Part shown: positions 50,308 through 59,621 of the stretch, one piece after another
How positions within the stretch are numbered: the first letter of the stretch is position 1
Layout: each line of letters opens with the position of its first letter
Source: Candidatus Hermodarchaeota archaeon
GTDB lineage: Archaea; Asgardarchaeota; Lokiarchaeia; Sigyniarchaeales; SOKP01
NCBI GenBank assembly: GCA_048885525.1
Contig: JBHLLP010000002.1
Location: forward strand, 1-64,000
Length of the DNA: 64,000 bases
Direction of reading: 5' to 3'
The notes under the pieces: model-generated
Told to the model about the DNA's origin: nothing
Database searches by the model: none
The model's input: only the letters and a program-made list of their open reading frames with translations
Position numbers and translations under genes: made by a program

Positions 50308-50904
50308 ATGATGAATCAAACAAATGATGAACAAGTCTCTCTTGATGATATTGAAATACCAGATAAAATTCCAGCAAAGTTCATCAATTCTAGAGTGATA
50401 GTCTTCAACCCTTTGTATGCCTCGTATTTGTATGTAAAAAAAGGTTTTTTTGGTTCCCCATTGGGAATAAACAAGCCTAGATTAGAATATTTTTCCAAAC
50501 CAAGCGAATTATCTTTAATAGAAGCCTATTATTTATTGGAAAAGAATCAAATAACAATTTATGATGTAAAGGAGAAGAATTTTTTAAACTCTGAGAAATT
50601 TCATGAGATTGCTAAAAAAACTCATCATAAATTTGAAGAAAAGTATATTATTTACAAAGATTTAAGAGAAAGAGGATACATCCCTAGACCTGGACTTAAA
50701 TTTGGAGCCGATTTTGTTGTCTATAAAAAAGGCCCTGGGCTTGAACATTCCCTTTTTATGGTTCATGTCTTACCACATGATTCTGAGATTACTGCTATTG
50801 ATATGGTAAGAGCTGGTCGCTTGGCAACATCTGTTAGAAAAAGATTTGTAATAGCGAATCCACTTACATGTAGCTATTACTTTTTTGAATGGTTTAAACC
50901 ATAA
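50308..50904 (+). CDS. endA: tRNA-intron (splicing) endonuclease, catalytic subunit
   Basis: LSLIEAYYL, YKDLRERGY..RPGLKFGADFVVY (Tyr), GPGLEHS (His), SVRK (Lys), WFKP end. Confidence 0.95.
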   Translation: MMNQTNDEQVSLDDIEIPDKIPAKFINSRVIVFNPLYASYLYVKKGFFGSPLGINKPRLEYFSKPSELSLIEAYYLLEKNQITIYDVKEKNFLNSEKFHEIAKKTHHKFEEKYIIYKDLRERGYIPRPGLKFGADFVVYKKGPGLEHSLFMVHVLPHDSEITAIDMVRAGRLATSVRKRFVIANPLTCSYYFFEWFKP

Positions 50905-50932
50905 TATTCAAAAAATTTAATGTTTAGATATA

Positions 50933-52756
50933 CTAAATAGATTGTATTCTTATTTTATGTATAAGTTTATTTTTTATTTCTTCAAGCTGTTGGAACTCAT
51001 CATTTGGTACCATTTGGCTGATACGTAAAATAGAGGTTGTAAGGTCTGGATCTAATATATCTTTAATTAACTTTCCTTGTTTTATTAGGTTTTTACCTTC
51101 TTTGTATAAAATAAGGATGATTTTGATTAAACCTAATAATTTTGTTATATTAGTATGATTGTCAATCTCATCATATGCATTTTGAATTAAAAATCCATTT
51201 TTTATCATTTTTGCTATAAAGAGTGTTAATTGCTGGTCTTCTAGTAAATTTTTATCTCCAGCTAACTGAATTACATGCTCTAAATCTTGTTCTTGAGATA
51301 AAATTTCGTTAACTAGTTTTCTACATTCTGACCACTCAATTTCTATTTCTGGCCAATCAATATCTCTCTCATACCACCAATCTGCAATAAATTGAGGGTA
51401 ATTTGAATATGAATTATTCCAATTAATGGCAGGATAATGCTTTAAATATGCCAATTTTGGATCTAACGCCCAAAAAGTTTGAACTAATCGTTTAGTTGTT
51501 GAGGTAACTGGTTCACTAAAATCTCCCGCTGGAGGAGAAATTGTACCTACAATAGTTATTGAACCATTTCTCTCATTTCCTTTTTGATCCGTCCCCAAAG
51601 TTTTAACAAAACCAGCTCTTTCATAAAAACTTGACAATTTCGATGGTAGGTAGGCAGGATATCCTTCTTCAGCGGGCATTTCTTCTAATAATCCCGAAAT
51701 TTCTCGTAAAGATTCAGCCCATCTTGATATACTATCCGCAAGAACAACAACATCATAACCCATGTCCCTATAATATTCTGCAATTGTTACTCCAGAAAAT
51801 AAGCTAGCTTCCCGAGCAGAAACTGGCATATTAGAAGTATTAGCCATAAGTATAATTCGGTCTGACAAAGTTCTTCCACTTTTAGAGTCTATTATTTCAG
51901 AGAATTCCTTCATTATATTAGCAATTTCGTTTCCTGGTTCGCCGCAACCAACATATACAATCAAATCTGCTCTACACCATTTAGCTAACATTTGTTGGAT
52001 AACAGTTTTTCCTGTTCCAAAACCACCCGGAATTGCTGTCGTTCCTCCTTTAGCGATTGGAAATAATAAATCAATAGTGCGAATTCCGGTAATTAATGGT
52101 TCTATAGGATTTAATCTCTTATTATATGGACGTCTTTTTGTAATCGGCCACTTTTGTAACATCGCAAATGATTTTTCTTCATGTTTCAGTTTTATTCTAA
52201 ATATCTCATCAATGATCGTATAAGTACCTTCATTTACAATAAAGGAAAGGGTTCCGGTAATATTAGGAGGGACCATGATTCTGTGTTCTATAGATGAAGT
52301 TTCTTGGACAGCTCCAATTATATCCCCATTTTCAACTTTGTCATTAATTTTTCTTAATGGTTTAAAATACCATTTTTTGCTTCTTGAGATAGAAGGATAT
52401 TGTATACCTCTTTCTAACATTCCAGAAAGGATATCCTCAAAAACTATTCCTAAAGGTCTCTGTAATCCATCGAACACATTTGAAAGAAGGCCAGGAGCCA
52501 ATTCCATGGAAAGAGGTTCATTCAAACTAATAACGTCATCATAGAGTTTCAAGTTTGTAGTATTTTCGAAACATTGAGCAACAATATGGTCTGAATAAAT
52601 TTGGATTACTTCACCCAAAATGTTATATTTAGTAATTTTAATTAAATCATGAAGACGAGTTTGATTTTCTAGTCCTTTGACTTTAATCAATGATCCTATG
52701 ATTGCTGAGATATATCCACAATTGAATTTCTTTTTTGAATCATTTTGATTAAGCAT
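50933..52756 (-). CDS. atpA: A/V-type ATP synthase subunit A, second copy with GEPGNE instead of GERGNE
   Basis: GGFGTGKT, NTSNMPVSAREAS, SRWAESLREISG, PAEEGYPAYL, SPPAGDFSEPVT. Confidence 0.9.
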   Translation of the reverse strand: MLNQNDSKKKFNCGYISAIIGSLIKVKGLENQTRLHDLIKITKYNILGEVIQIYSDHIVAQCFENTTNLKLYDDVISLNEPLSMELAPGLLSNVFDGLQRPLGIVFEDILSGMLERGIQYPSISRSKKWYFKPLRKINDKVENGDIIGAVQETSSIEHRIMVPPNITGTLSFIVNEGTYTIIDEIFRIKLKHEEKSFAMLQKWPITKRRPYNKRLNPIEPLITGIRTIDLLFPIAKGGTTAIPGGFGTGKTVIQQMLAKWCRADLIVYVGCGEPGNEIANIMKEFSEIIDSKSGRTLSDRIILMANTSNMPVSAREASLFSGVTIAEYYRDMGYDVVVLADSISRWAESLREISGLLEEMPAEEGYPAYLPSKLSSFYERAGFVKTLGTDQKGNERNGSITIVGTISPPAGDFSEPVTSTTKRLVQTFWALDPKLAYLKHYPAINWNNSYSNYPQFIADWWYERDIDWPEIEIEWSECRKLVNEILSQEQDLEHVIQLAGDKNLLEDQQLTLFIAKMIKNGFLIQNAYDEIDNHTNITKLLGLIKIILILYKEGKNLIKQGKLIKDILDPDLTTSILRISQMVPNDEFQQLEEIKNKLIHKIRIQSI

Positions 52757-52780
52757 TTAACATCATATAATTCAATTAAC

Positions 52781-53200
52781 TTAACTTATTTGTTTATTAC
52801 AAAATGGACATTTTTTAACGAAACTTGGCAAAATATTTCCACAACTTTGACATTTTTTAATTAAAGGTTTATGAGACCGAATTTCTAAATTTATAGGTCC
52901 AGGTATTCTTGGTAGGGATGTTTTTTCTCTTATCATTCTAGTTCGTTTATTAACTGAAGATTTTCGCTTTCTATCTGGAAACATTTCAGAATATAACGAT
53001 CTTTTAGTTCCTTTAAAGAATAAGCCAAGTCCAACTAGAAATAAGAAGGATAATCCAAAAATTACGATAAAAGGGTTAAAATTTAAACTTATTAAATAAA
53101 AGAATAGGATTAAGAGGACTAAGGAGTATATAACTAAAAGTACAATTCTTTTTTTATTTCTTTTATATGTATATCTATTTTGGATATTTTCGGTTGCCAT
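52781..53200 (-). CDS. Two-TM protein with C-terminal zinc ribbon, inside the ATP synthase operon
   Basis: Two hydrophobic helices; CQSCG...CPFC. Confidence 0.75.
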   Translation of the reverse strand: MATENIQNRYTYKRNKKRIVLLVIYSLVLLILFFYLISLNFNPFIVIFGLSFLFLVGLGLFFKGTKRSLYSEMFPDRKRKSSVNKRTRMIREKTSLPRIPGPINLEIRSHKPLIKKCQSCGNILPSFVKKCPFCNKQIS

Positions 53201-53238
53201 TTATTATTAACTTACATTTTAAATACTTGGTTGATAAC

Positions 53239-55725
53239 TCATCTATATTTTTTAGAGATATAATTAAACGCCTTATCAATTTCCTCTCTAATAGATTCTG
53301 TTTCTATTTCTTTATCAATTTCCTCAGAAATAATATCTTTTTCAGTTATTGTTCTAAAATTGATGATTGAATAATCACTATCTAAATGGAATGGTATATA
53401 TCCAATTCCTGAACCTTGGAAAAATTTAAAAAAGAACTCATAAAAATGCAATCTGAGCGTATTTAGAAAGACTAATAATCCTTCTAATAAAATAACTACC
53501 AGATTTCCGAAGATTAAACCAACCAAATTTATTATTTCTACTCCAATACCTTCTCCTTGAATTAAATCACCCATAAGATTTATCGCATACAATAAAGCAA
53601 TATGGGCTAATGCTAAAGCTAGTATTCTGAGATAAGAAGCAGCATTACTCATAACAGATAATACCGTGTCAAATGTTTCAAGTGAGCCTTCACCGATTAA
53701 TGAAGTATAAGATTCTTTTTTTAGATATGAAATTCTAATTAATTTTCCAAAAGGTTTCAGAACTAATAATAATAAACCAGGTATTATCACTAATAAAATA
53801 GGATATGGAAAAGCTAACCATCCATAAATATCAAATCCGTATACGAAAATTAAGATCGTTCCTCCTGTTAATAGAAAAATTTTCATTAAAGAATCACTTA
53901 GAGCTAAATACTTTCTATGTTGTTTCCAATAATTCAAAAATTGGATAAGCCAACCTAAATTGATATGGAAAACACCTATAATAATCGCAAAATAAAACAC
54001 AGACAATATGTTACCTAGTGGATTATATAAAGTGATATTGAAAAGAGATAAACTAAAGATTCCTAGAAGATTAAATATATACATTATTAGACTAAAAATT
54101 TCTATGACAACGCCTAGGTTAATAAGAAATTTCGCTCCTCTGTACTTCAATGCAAGATCTAAAACTCCCAAAATAATAATTATTCCACCACCTATAGCAA
54201 TATATCCTAAGATTTGTAGAATTTTCGATATAATTGAAGCTATTGAAATTGGGTTAAGATGCCACAGAACATTTCCAAAAATTTCAATTTCATGGAGTCC
54301 AAAAAACTCCCCATATAAAAAACCAACAAAAAATGAAGCCCATCCACAGAAAAAGATAATCCAAGAAAAATTAACAATATCACCACCTCTTTTTCTAAAA
54401 ACTAAAGCTCCAATTAAACCCGAGATAATAAGAACTAATCCATGACCGATATCTCCAAACATTAATCCAAATAATATTGGAAAAGTTATAGCAATAATCG
54501 GTGTAGGATCAATTTCAGAATATGTAGGTGTACCATACATTTTAGTAAGTGCTTCAAAAGGTTTAATTAAAAAGAAATTCTTCATAATTGTTGGAGTTAT
54601 TTCACGTATATCTTTTTCGTCTTCAACATCTTCTAATTCATCCTCTTCTTCTACAGGTTCTTCATCATATTTTAATTTTTTAATAGATTTTTTCTTTTTT
54701 ATTTCTTCTAAACTATATTTTTCTTTTGTAGCACTTTTTTTTGAAATATAAATTGATTCAATTGTAATATTAGTCTTAAAAGTATTAAATAAATTAGTTT
54801 GAACATGATCTTTTTTGGAAGCAGGCACGAAAAATTTTAGAATTAAGCGATTATTTGACTTTCTTTCAAATTGTCTGTTTGCCCAGTTATATTCTTCAAT
54901 ATTTTGTACAATTTCATTGATTCCAGCGAATTTTATCAGGTTATCTCTACCAATTCGATTAAGTTCCTTATAATATCTTACGAGCATCCTTTCAATAAAA
55001 TTAATTTCTTTATTAATTCTTATATGGTTTATTCCCGATTCTGTAAAATATTTCTGTACGATTGGAACTTCTTCAGAATGAATAAGGCGAATCCTTCCAT
55101 TAAACTCAGTTTCTTTATCTCTAGGATAGATTATATAAAATCCAATCCTTTCTTTAGATACTTCAAAAGTCTGATAAAAGTTAGGAAATACAGCAAAATC
55201 GAAGAGATTATTTAAATTATTAAGATTTTTAGTGAAAGTAGTAAATATTCTAAATCTAAATTGATTGATATCCACAAGTGAATCTTTTTTCATATTCAGT
55301 TTCTCTAAACTTTTATAACAAACTTTTAACATATTCAAATTTTCTAATTCAATAGTTCCTTTAGTAACAAAACTTTGTAATTCGTTTAATCGATTAATAT
55401 AGAAATCTACTTCTTCAAAAAGATGGTTAATTAACTCTGATAAATCATTTGCGGTAAATTGGATTTTTTCAGGTTCATTAATTTTCAATTCTGAGAGAAT
55501 AAACTCATTAATATTAAGCTTTTTTAATAAATTATTTAAATTTTGTCTTAAATCTTTAATTTTATTGGAAATTGGTTCTTGTTCTTCTGATTCTTCTTTA
55601 ATTTTAGGTTTATCTTTAGTTTTTATATGAACTGAGGCTAAATTAGATAATTCAATTAGAAATTGATCTCTATAAAGGGGGCTTATTTCTGTTTTCATCA
55701 GATAAAAGTTATCTTTTTTCACCAT
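53239..55725 (-). CDS. atpI: A/V-type ATP synthase subunit I (a)
   Basis: PT...N...PFE.LT.MYGTP.Y.EIDPT, FGLMFGDIGHG, SYLRILALALAH, LRLHFYEFF. ATG 55725 preferred over the track TTG. Confidence 0.93.
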   Translation of the reverse strand: MVKKDNFYLMKTEISPLYRDQFLIELSNLASVHIKTKDKPKIKEESEEQEPISNKIKDLRQNLNNLLKKLNINEFILSELKINEPEKIQFTANDLSELINHLFEEVDFYINRLNELQSFVTKGTIELENLNMLKVCYKSLEKLNMKKDSLVDINQFRFRIFTTFTKNLNNLNNLFDFAVFPNFYQTFEVSKERIGFYIIYPRDKETEFNGRIRLIHSEEVPIVQKYFTESGINHIRINKEINFIERMLVRYYKELNRIGRDNLIKFAGINEIVQNIEEYNWANRQFERKSNNRLILKFFVPASKKDHVQTNLFNTFKTNITIESIYISKKSATKEKYSLEEIKKKKSIKKLKYDEEPVEEEDELEDVEDEKDIREITPTIMKNFFLIKPFEALTKMYGTPTYSEIDPTPIIAITFPILFGLMFGDIGHGLVLIISGLIGALVFRKRGGDIVNFSWIIFFCGWASFFVGFLYGEFFGLHEIEIFGNVLWHLNPISIASIISKILQILGYIAIGGGIIIILGVLDLALKYRGAKFLINLGVVIEIFSLIMYIFNLLGIFSLSLFNITLYNPLGNILSVFYFAIIIGVFHINLGWLIQFLNYWKQHRKYLALSDSLMKIFLLTGGTILIFVYGFDIYGWLAFPYPILLVIIPGLLLLVLKPFGKLIRISYLKKESYTSLIGEGSLETFDTVLSVMSNAASYLRILALALAHIALLYAINLMGDLIQGEGIGVEIINLVGLIFGNLVVILLEGLLVFLNTLRLHFYEFFFKFFQGSGIGYIPFHLDSDYSIINFRTITEKDIISEEIDKEIETESIREEIDKAFNYISKKYR

Positions 55726-55749
55726 AATTATCACTTTCAATTTATTTTT

Positions 55750-56385
55750 TTATTTTTCAATAATTAGATCTTTAGTTTTTTTTAATCTGACATAATTTTC
55801 TCTGTCAACTTCCTCTAATATATCTTTTATTAGTTTTATATTAGATTGTAATTGAGGAATTATGATGTTTTTTAAACCATTTATCCTACGATTGATTTTC
55901 TTAAAGTTTATTGCTTGCTTTAAAAGTAAATCTTCAATTTCAGAAAATTCAATTATCTTATTAAAAAATGATTTTAAAGATTTAATTAAATCATCTAAAT
56001 AATGACTCGTATTGTCAAATGTATAAGCAGGTAATTTTTCTTCTTGAATTAGTTCATATGAAATTTGGGGATTAGTAATTCCTACTACTTTTTTGTAAAA
56101 AATCTCAATTGTAGGTTTGTATTGAATTCTACTTAAATTACTTATCAAAAATAATTCATTTTTACCCATCTCTTCATAAGTAAGATTTAATAATTTCATT
56201 GATTCTTTAAAAAGGGTGAGAAATTCTTTTCTAGATTTATTATAATCTTTCCATATAGAACGAAGTAAAATAATTAATTGTTCTCTTCTTAATTCTAAAA
56301 AATTTTCTCCTTTTTGAGCAAAATTTAATCTCTTACGTAAATTTATTAAGTTCGTTTTACTGGGTTTTATCTCTCTAAAACTTAT
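55750..56385 (-). CDS. atpD: A/V-type ATP synthase subunit D; probable ATA start
   Basis: Conserved N-terminus KPSKTNLINLRKRLNFAQKGENFLELRREQL lies 62 codons upstream of the first ATG. C-terminus KINRRINGLKNIIIP...EVDRENYVRLKKTK. Confidence 0.88.
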   Translation of the reverse strand: MSFREIKPSKTNLINLRKRLNFAQKGENFLELRREQLIILLRSIWKDYNKSRKEFLTLFKESMKLLNLTYEEMGKNELFLISNLSRIQYKPTIEIFYKKVVGITNPQISYELIQEEKLPAYTFDNTSHYLDDLIKSLKSFFNKIIEFSEIEDLLLKQAINFKKINRRINGLKNIIIPQLQSNIKLIKDILEEVDRENYVRLKKTKDLIIEK

Positions 56386-56388
56386 TCT

Positions 56389-57780
56389 TTACACCTTTCC
56401 AGAATAATATTTATCAATAAATTTTTGATGAATTCGAAGTAATTGATTTTCAGTTAAATTACCTAATACATCCCAAGCGATATTAAGAGTATGTTCGAAA
56501 TTACGGTTCTCATCTGGTTGTTGATTTAAAAATGTTTGTTCAAATTCTTTCCCGTATTTCAACAAATTATTCTGTTCATAGTTTAACCCATCTTCTCCGA
56601 CAATTGAAATAAGGTCTTTAACTTCTAAATAATTTGAATAAGATGCTAATAATTGAGAGGATGTGTCTGCATGATCCTCTCTTGTTTTTTCACTACCAAT
56701 AGCATCCTTCATTAAACGTGATATTGAAGCTAAAACTTCAAAAGGAGGGTAGATACCTTTTTGGTGCAAACTTCGACTTAAAACTAATTGCCCTTCAGTG
56801 ATGTATCCTGTTGTATCTGGAATAGGATGAGATATATCATCATTAGGCATAGTTAAAATAGGTATTTGAGTAATTGAACCCTTTTTACCTTTAATTTTTC
56901 CTGTTCTTTCATAAATAGATGCAAAATCTGAATAGATGTATCCTGGATATCCTTTTCTGCTAGGAATTTCTTCCTTTGCTGAACTAAGTTCTCTTAACGC
57001 CTCAGCATAGTTCGTTATGTCTATTAGAATAACAAGAACATGCATGTCTTTTTCAAAAGCAAAGTATTCTGCAGTAGTCAAAGCTACTCTAGGTATAATT
57101 AACCTTTCAATTATTGGATCATCTGCAAAATTTATGAATGAAATTATATTTTGGATTGTACCCCGTTCTTGAAATTTATTTAAAAAATAAATTGCTTCAT
57201 CTTGAATAATCCCAATTCCACAAAATATAATTACAAAAGGTTCTTCTGAAGTAACTTTTGCCTGAGTTGCTATTTGAGCAGCTAACTTATTGTGTGGTAA
57301 TCCTTGTGCGCTAAAGATTGGAAGTTTTTGGCCTCTAATTAAAGTAAATAACCCATCTATAACAGATACTCCTGTTTGTATAACATCGACAGGATATTCT
57401 CTCGCATATGGATTAATTGGAAGGCCATTTATATCTCTTTGAATATCAGTTAGAACCTCAGATTCTGAAATCATTTTAGTTTTTATGTCTATGGGTTTAC
57501 CTAGTGAATTAAAAGTCTGCCCAAACATATCTTTAGAAATGTTTACTTTAAAAACATCTTCCGTAAATATTATCTCAGCATTTTCAGATGACAATCCAGA
57601 AGTATCTTCAAAAACTTCCACAACTATTACGTCCTCATTCAATTTTACTATCTGACCCGTACGAGTTTTGCCATCATCTGTGTTAATTTTAACAATCTCA
57701 CCATATTGAGCATCATGTTCGTTTTTAAGAAATACTAATGGACCTATTATTTGGTGAATTTTTCTATAAATTACACTCAT
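56389..57780 (-). CDS. atpB: A/V-type ATP synthase subunit B
   Basis: RGQKLPIFS, GLPHN, ALTTAEY, YAEALRE, RKGYPGY, HPIPDTTGYITEGQ, SRLM. Confidence 0.95.
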   Translation of the reverse strand: MSVIYRKIHQIIGPLVFLKNEHDAQYGEIVKINTDDGKTRTGQIVKLNEDVIVVEVFEDTSGLSSENAEIIFTEDVFKVNISKDMFGQTFNSLGKPIDIKTKMISESEVLTDIQRDINGLPINPYAREYPVDVIQTGVSVIDGLFTLIRGQKLPIFSAQGLPHNKLAAQIATQAKVTSEEPFVIIFCGIGIIQDEAIYFLNKFQERGTIQNIISFINFADDPIIERLIIPRVALTTAEYFAFEKDMHVLVILIDITNYAEALRELSSAKEEIPSRKGYPGYIYSDFASIYERTGKIKGKKGSITQIPILTMPNDDISHPIPDTTGYITEGQLVLSRSLHQKGIYPPFEVLASISRLMKDAIGSEKTREDHADTSSQLLASYSNYLEVKDLISIVGEDGLNYEQNNLLKYGKEFEQTFLNQQPDENRNFEHTLNIAWDVLGNLTENQLLRIHQKFIDKYYSGKV

Positions 57781-57782
57781 TC

Positions 57783-59621
57783 TTATTTAAATACCCCATG
57801 GGTTAATTTTAAAGATTCTATTTCATTCAGTAAATTACTTTTTAAATTGTCAATTTTGTCGAAATTTTCGTTCTCAATTGTACGATTAATTCTTAAAATG
57901 TCACGTATCACTTTTAGTTCTTTAATTTCTTCTATAAAAAATCCTTTTTCTAACAGTTCTTCGCCTTCTTTATATAATAATAGAATAATTTTAATCATTC
58001 CTAAAAGTTTTTTCGCGTTTGTAAAGTTATCAATATTATCGAAAGCATTTTGGATTAAAAACCCATCTTTGATTAACTTAGCAATAAATATAATTAATCG
58101 TTGATCTTCTGGGAGATTTTCCTCTCCGATAAGTTGTACAATATATCTTAACTCATTATCTTTTGAGAGAATCTCATTTACTTGTTGACGACAATCATGC
58201 CAATCTATATCAATTTCTGTCCAATCTATATCTCTTTCATACCACCATTCGGAAATATAATCTGGATAATTAGAATAAGAATTTAGCCAATTAATTGCAG
58301 GATAGTGCTTTGAATATGCTAACGCAGCATCTAAAGCCCAGATACCTTGTACAAAATTTTTAGTCGTAGCTGTAACTGGTTCACTAAAATCTCCTGCTGG
58401 AGGTGAAATAGAACCTATAATAGTTAAAGATCCTACTTTTTCTTCTTTAGTTTCTTTTTTTCCAATTAATTTAACAGCTCCAGCCCGTTCATAAAAACTT
58501 GAAAGTTTTGAAGGTAAATATGCAGGATAACCTTCTTCTGCAGGCATTTCTTCTAATAATCCAGAGATTTCTCTTAAGGATTCTGCCCATCTTGATGTGC
58601 TATCTGCAAGAACTGCAACGTCATACCCCATATCTCGATAGTATTCAGCAATCGTTACACCAGAGAAGATGCTAGCTTCACGTGCTGAAACTGGCATGTT
58701 TGAAGTGTTAGCAATCAAAATTATTCGATCTAATAGAGGTTGACCAGATTTAGGATCAATTAATTCAGAAAATTGTTTTAAAACATCGGCTATCTCGTTA
58801 CCACGTTCGCCACAACCTACAAATACAATTACATCGGCATCACACCATTTTGCTAATGATTGTTGAATGACTGTTTTACCGGTCCCGAAACCTCCAGGAA
58901 CTCCAATTGTACCACCTTTAGTAATGGGAAATAATAAATCTATTACTCTTATCCCTGTGATTAAAGGTTCATTAGGTAATTTTCTCTCTTTAAAGGGACG
59001 TGAAATAGTTATTGGCCATTTTTGTAGCATTGAAAAACTTTTTTCTGTATCCCCAATTTGCAATTTATAGATTTTATCAATAATTGTAAAGTCTCCTTCA
59101 TCTGCTAGGAAAGTTAATTTTCCTGAAGTATTAGGAGGTATCATTATTTTGTGTTGTATAATTGGAGTTTCTTGGACTGTACCAATAATATCACCACCAC
59201 TTACATATTTATCAATATTATCATTAGGTAAAAAATGCCATTTCTTTGAACGTGAAAGGGAGGGGATTTCTAATCCTCTATGTAATCCTCCACTTTTAAA
59301 AAAATCGAAAGCTTCTTGTAAAGGTCTTTGAATTCCATCAAAGAAATTCCTCAGTAATCCAGGTGCTAATTCCATAGAAAGAGGTTCTCTCAAATTAACA
59401 ACTTCTTCATTGATTCGTAAATTATTAGTATCCTCAAAGCATTGACAAACTACATGATCAGAATATATTTGAATAACTTCTCCTAAAATGTTATGTTTAG
59501 ATATTTTAACAAGATCATGAATTCGAATCTGGGTTTCTAGTCCTTTAACTTTAATCAATGAGCCAATTACAGCTGAGATATACCCAACTTTAAAATTGGT
59601 TTCAGAATTGGATTTGTTCAT
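57783..59621 (-). CDS. atpA: A/V-type ATP synthase subunit A (canonical catalytic copy)
   Basis: GGFGTGKT, GCGERGNE, NTSNMPVSAREAS, DSTSRWAE. Confidence 0.95.
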   Translation of the reverse strand: MNKSNSETNFKVGYISAVIGSLIKVKGLETQIRIHDLVKISKHNILGEVIQIYSDHVVCQCFEDTNNLRINEEVVNLREPLSMELAPGLLRNFFDGIQRPLQEAFDFFKSGGLHRGLEIPSLSRSKKWHFLPNDNIDKYVSGGDIIGTVQETPIIQHKIMIPPNTSGKLTFLADEGDFTIIDKIYKLQIGDTEKSFSMLQKWPITISRPFKERKLPNEPLITGIRVIDLLFPITKGGTIGVPGGFGTGKTVIQQSLAKWCDADVIVFVGCGERGNEIADVLKQFSELIDPKSGQPLLDRIILIANTSNMPVSAREASIFSGVTIAEYYRDMGYDVAVLADSTSRWAESLREISGLLEEMPAEEGYPAYLPSKLSSFYERAGAVKLIGKKETKEEKVGSLTIIGSISPPAGDFSEPVTATTKNFVQGIWALDAALAYSKHYPAINWLNSYSNYPDYISEWWYERDIDWTEIDIDWHDCRQQVNEILSKDNELRYIVQLIGEENLPEDQRLIIFIAKLIKDGFLIQNAFDNIDNFTNAKKLLGMIKIILLLYKEGEELLEKGFFIEEIKELKVIRDILRINRTIENENFDKIDNLKSNLLNEIESLKLTHGVFK

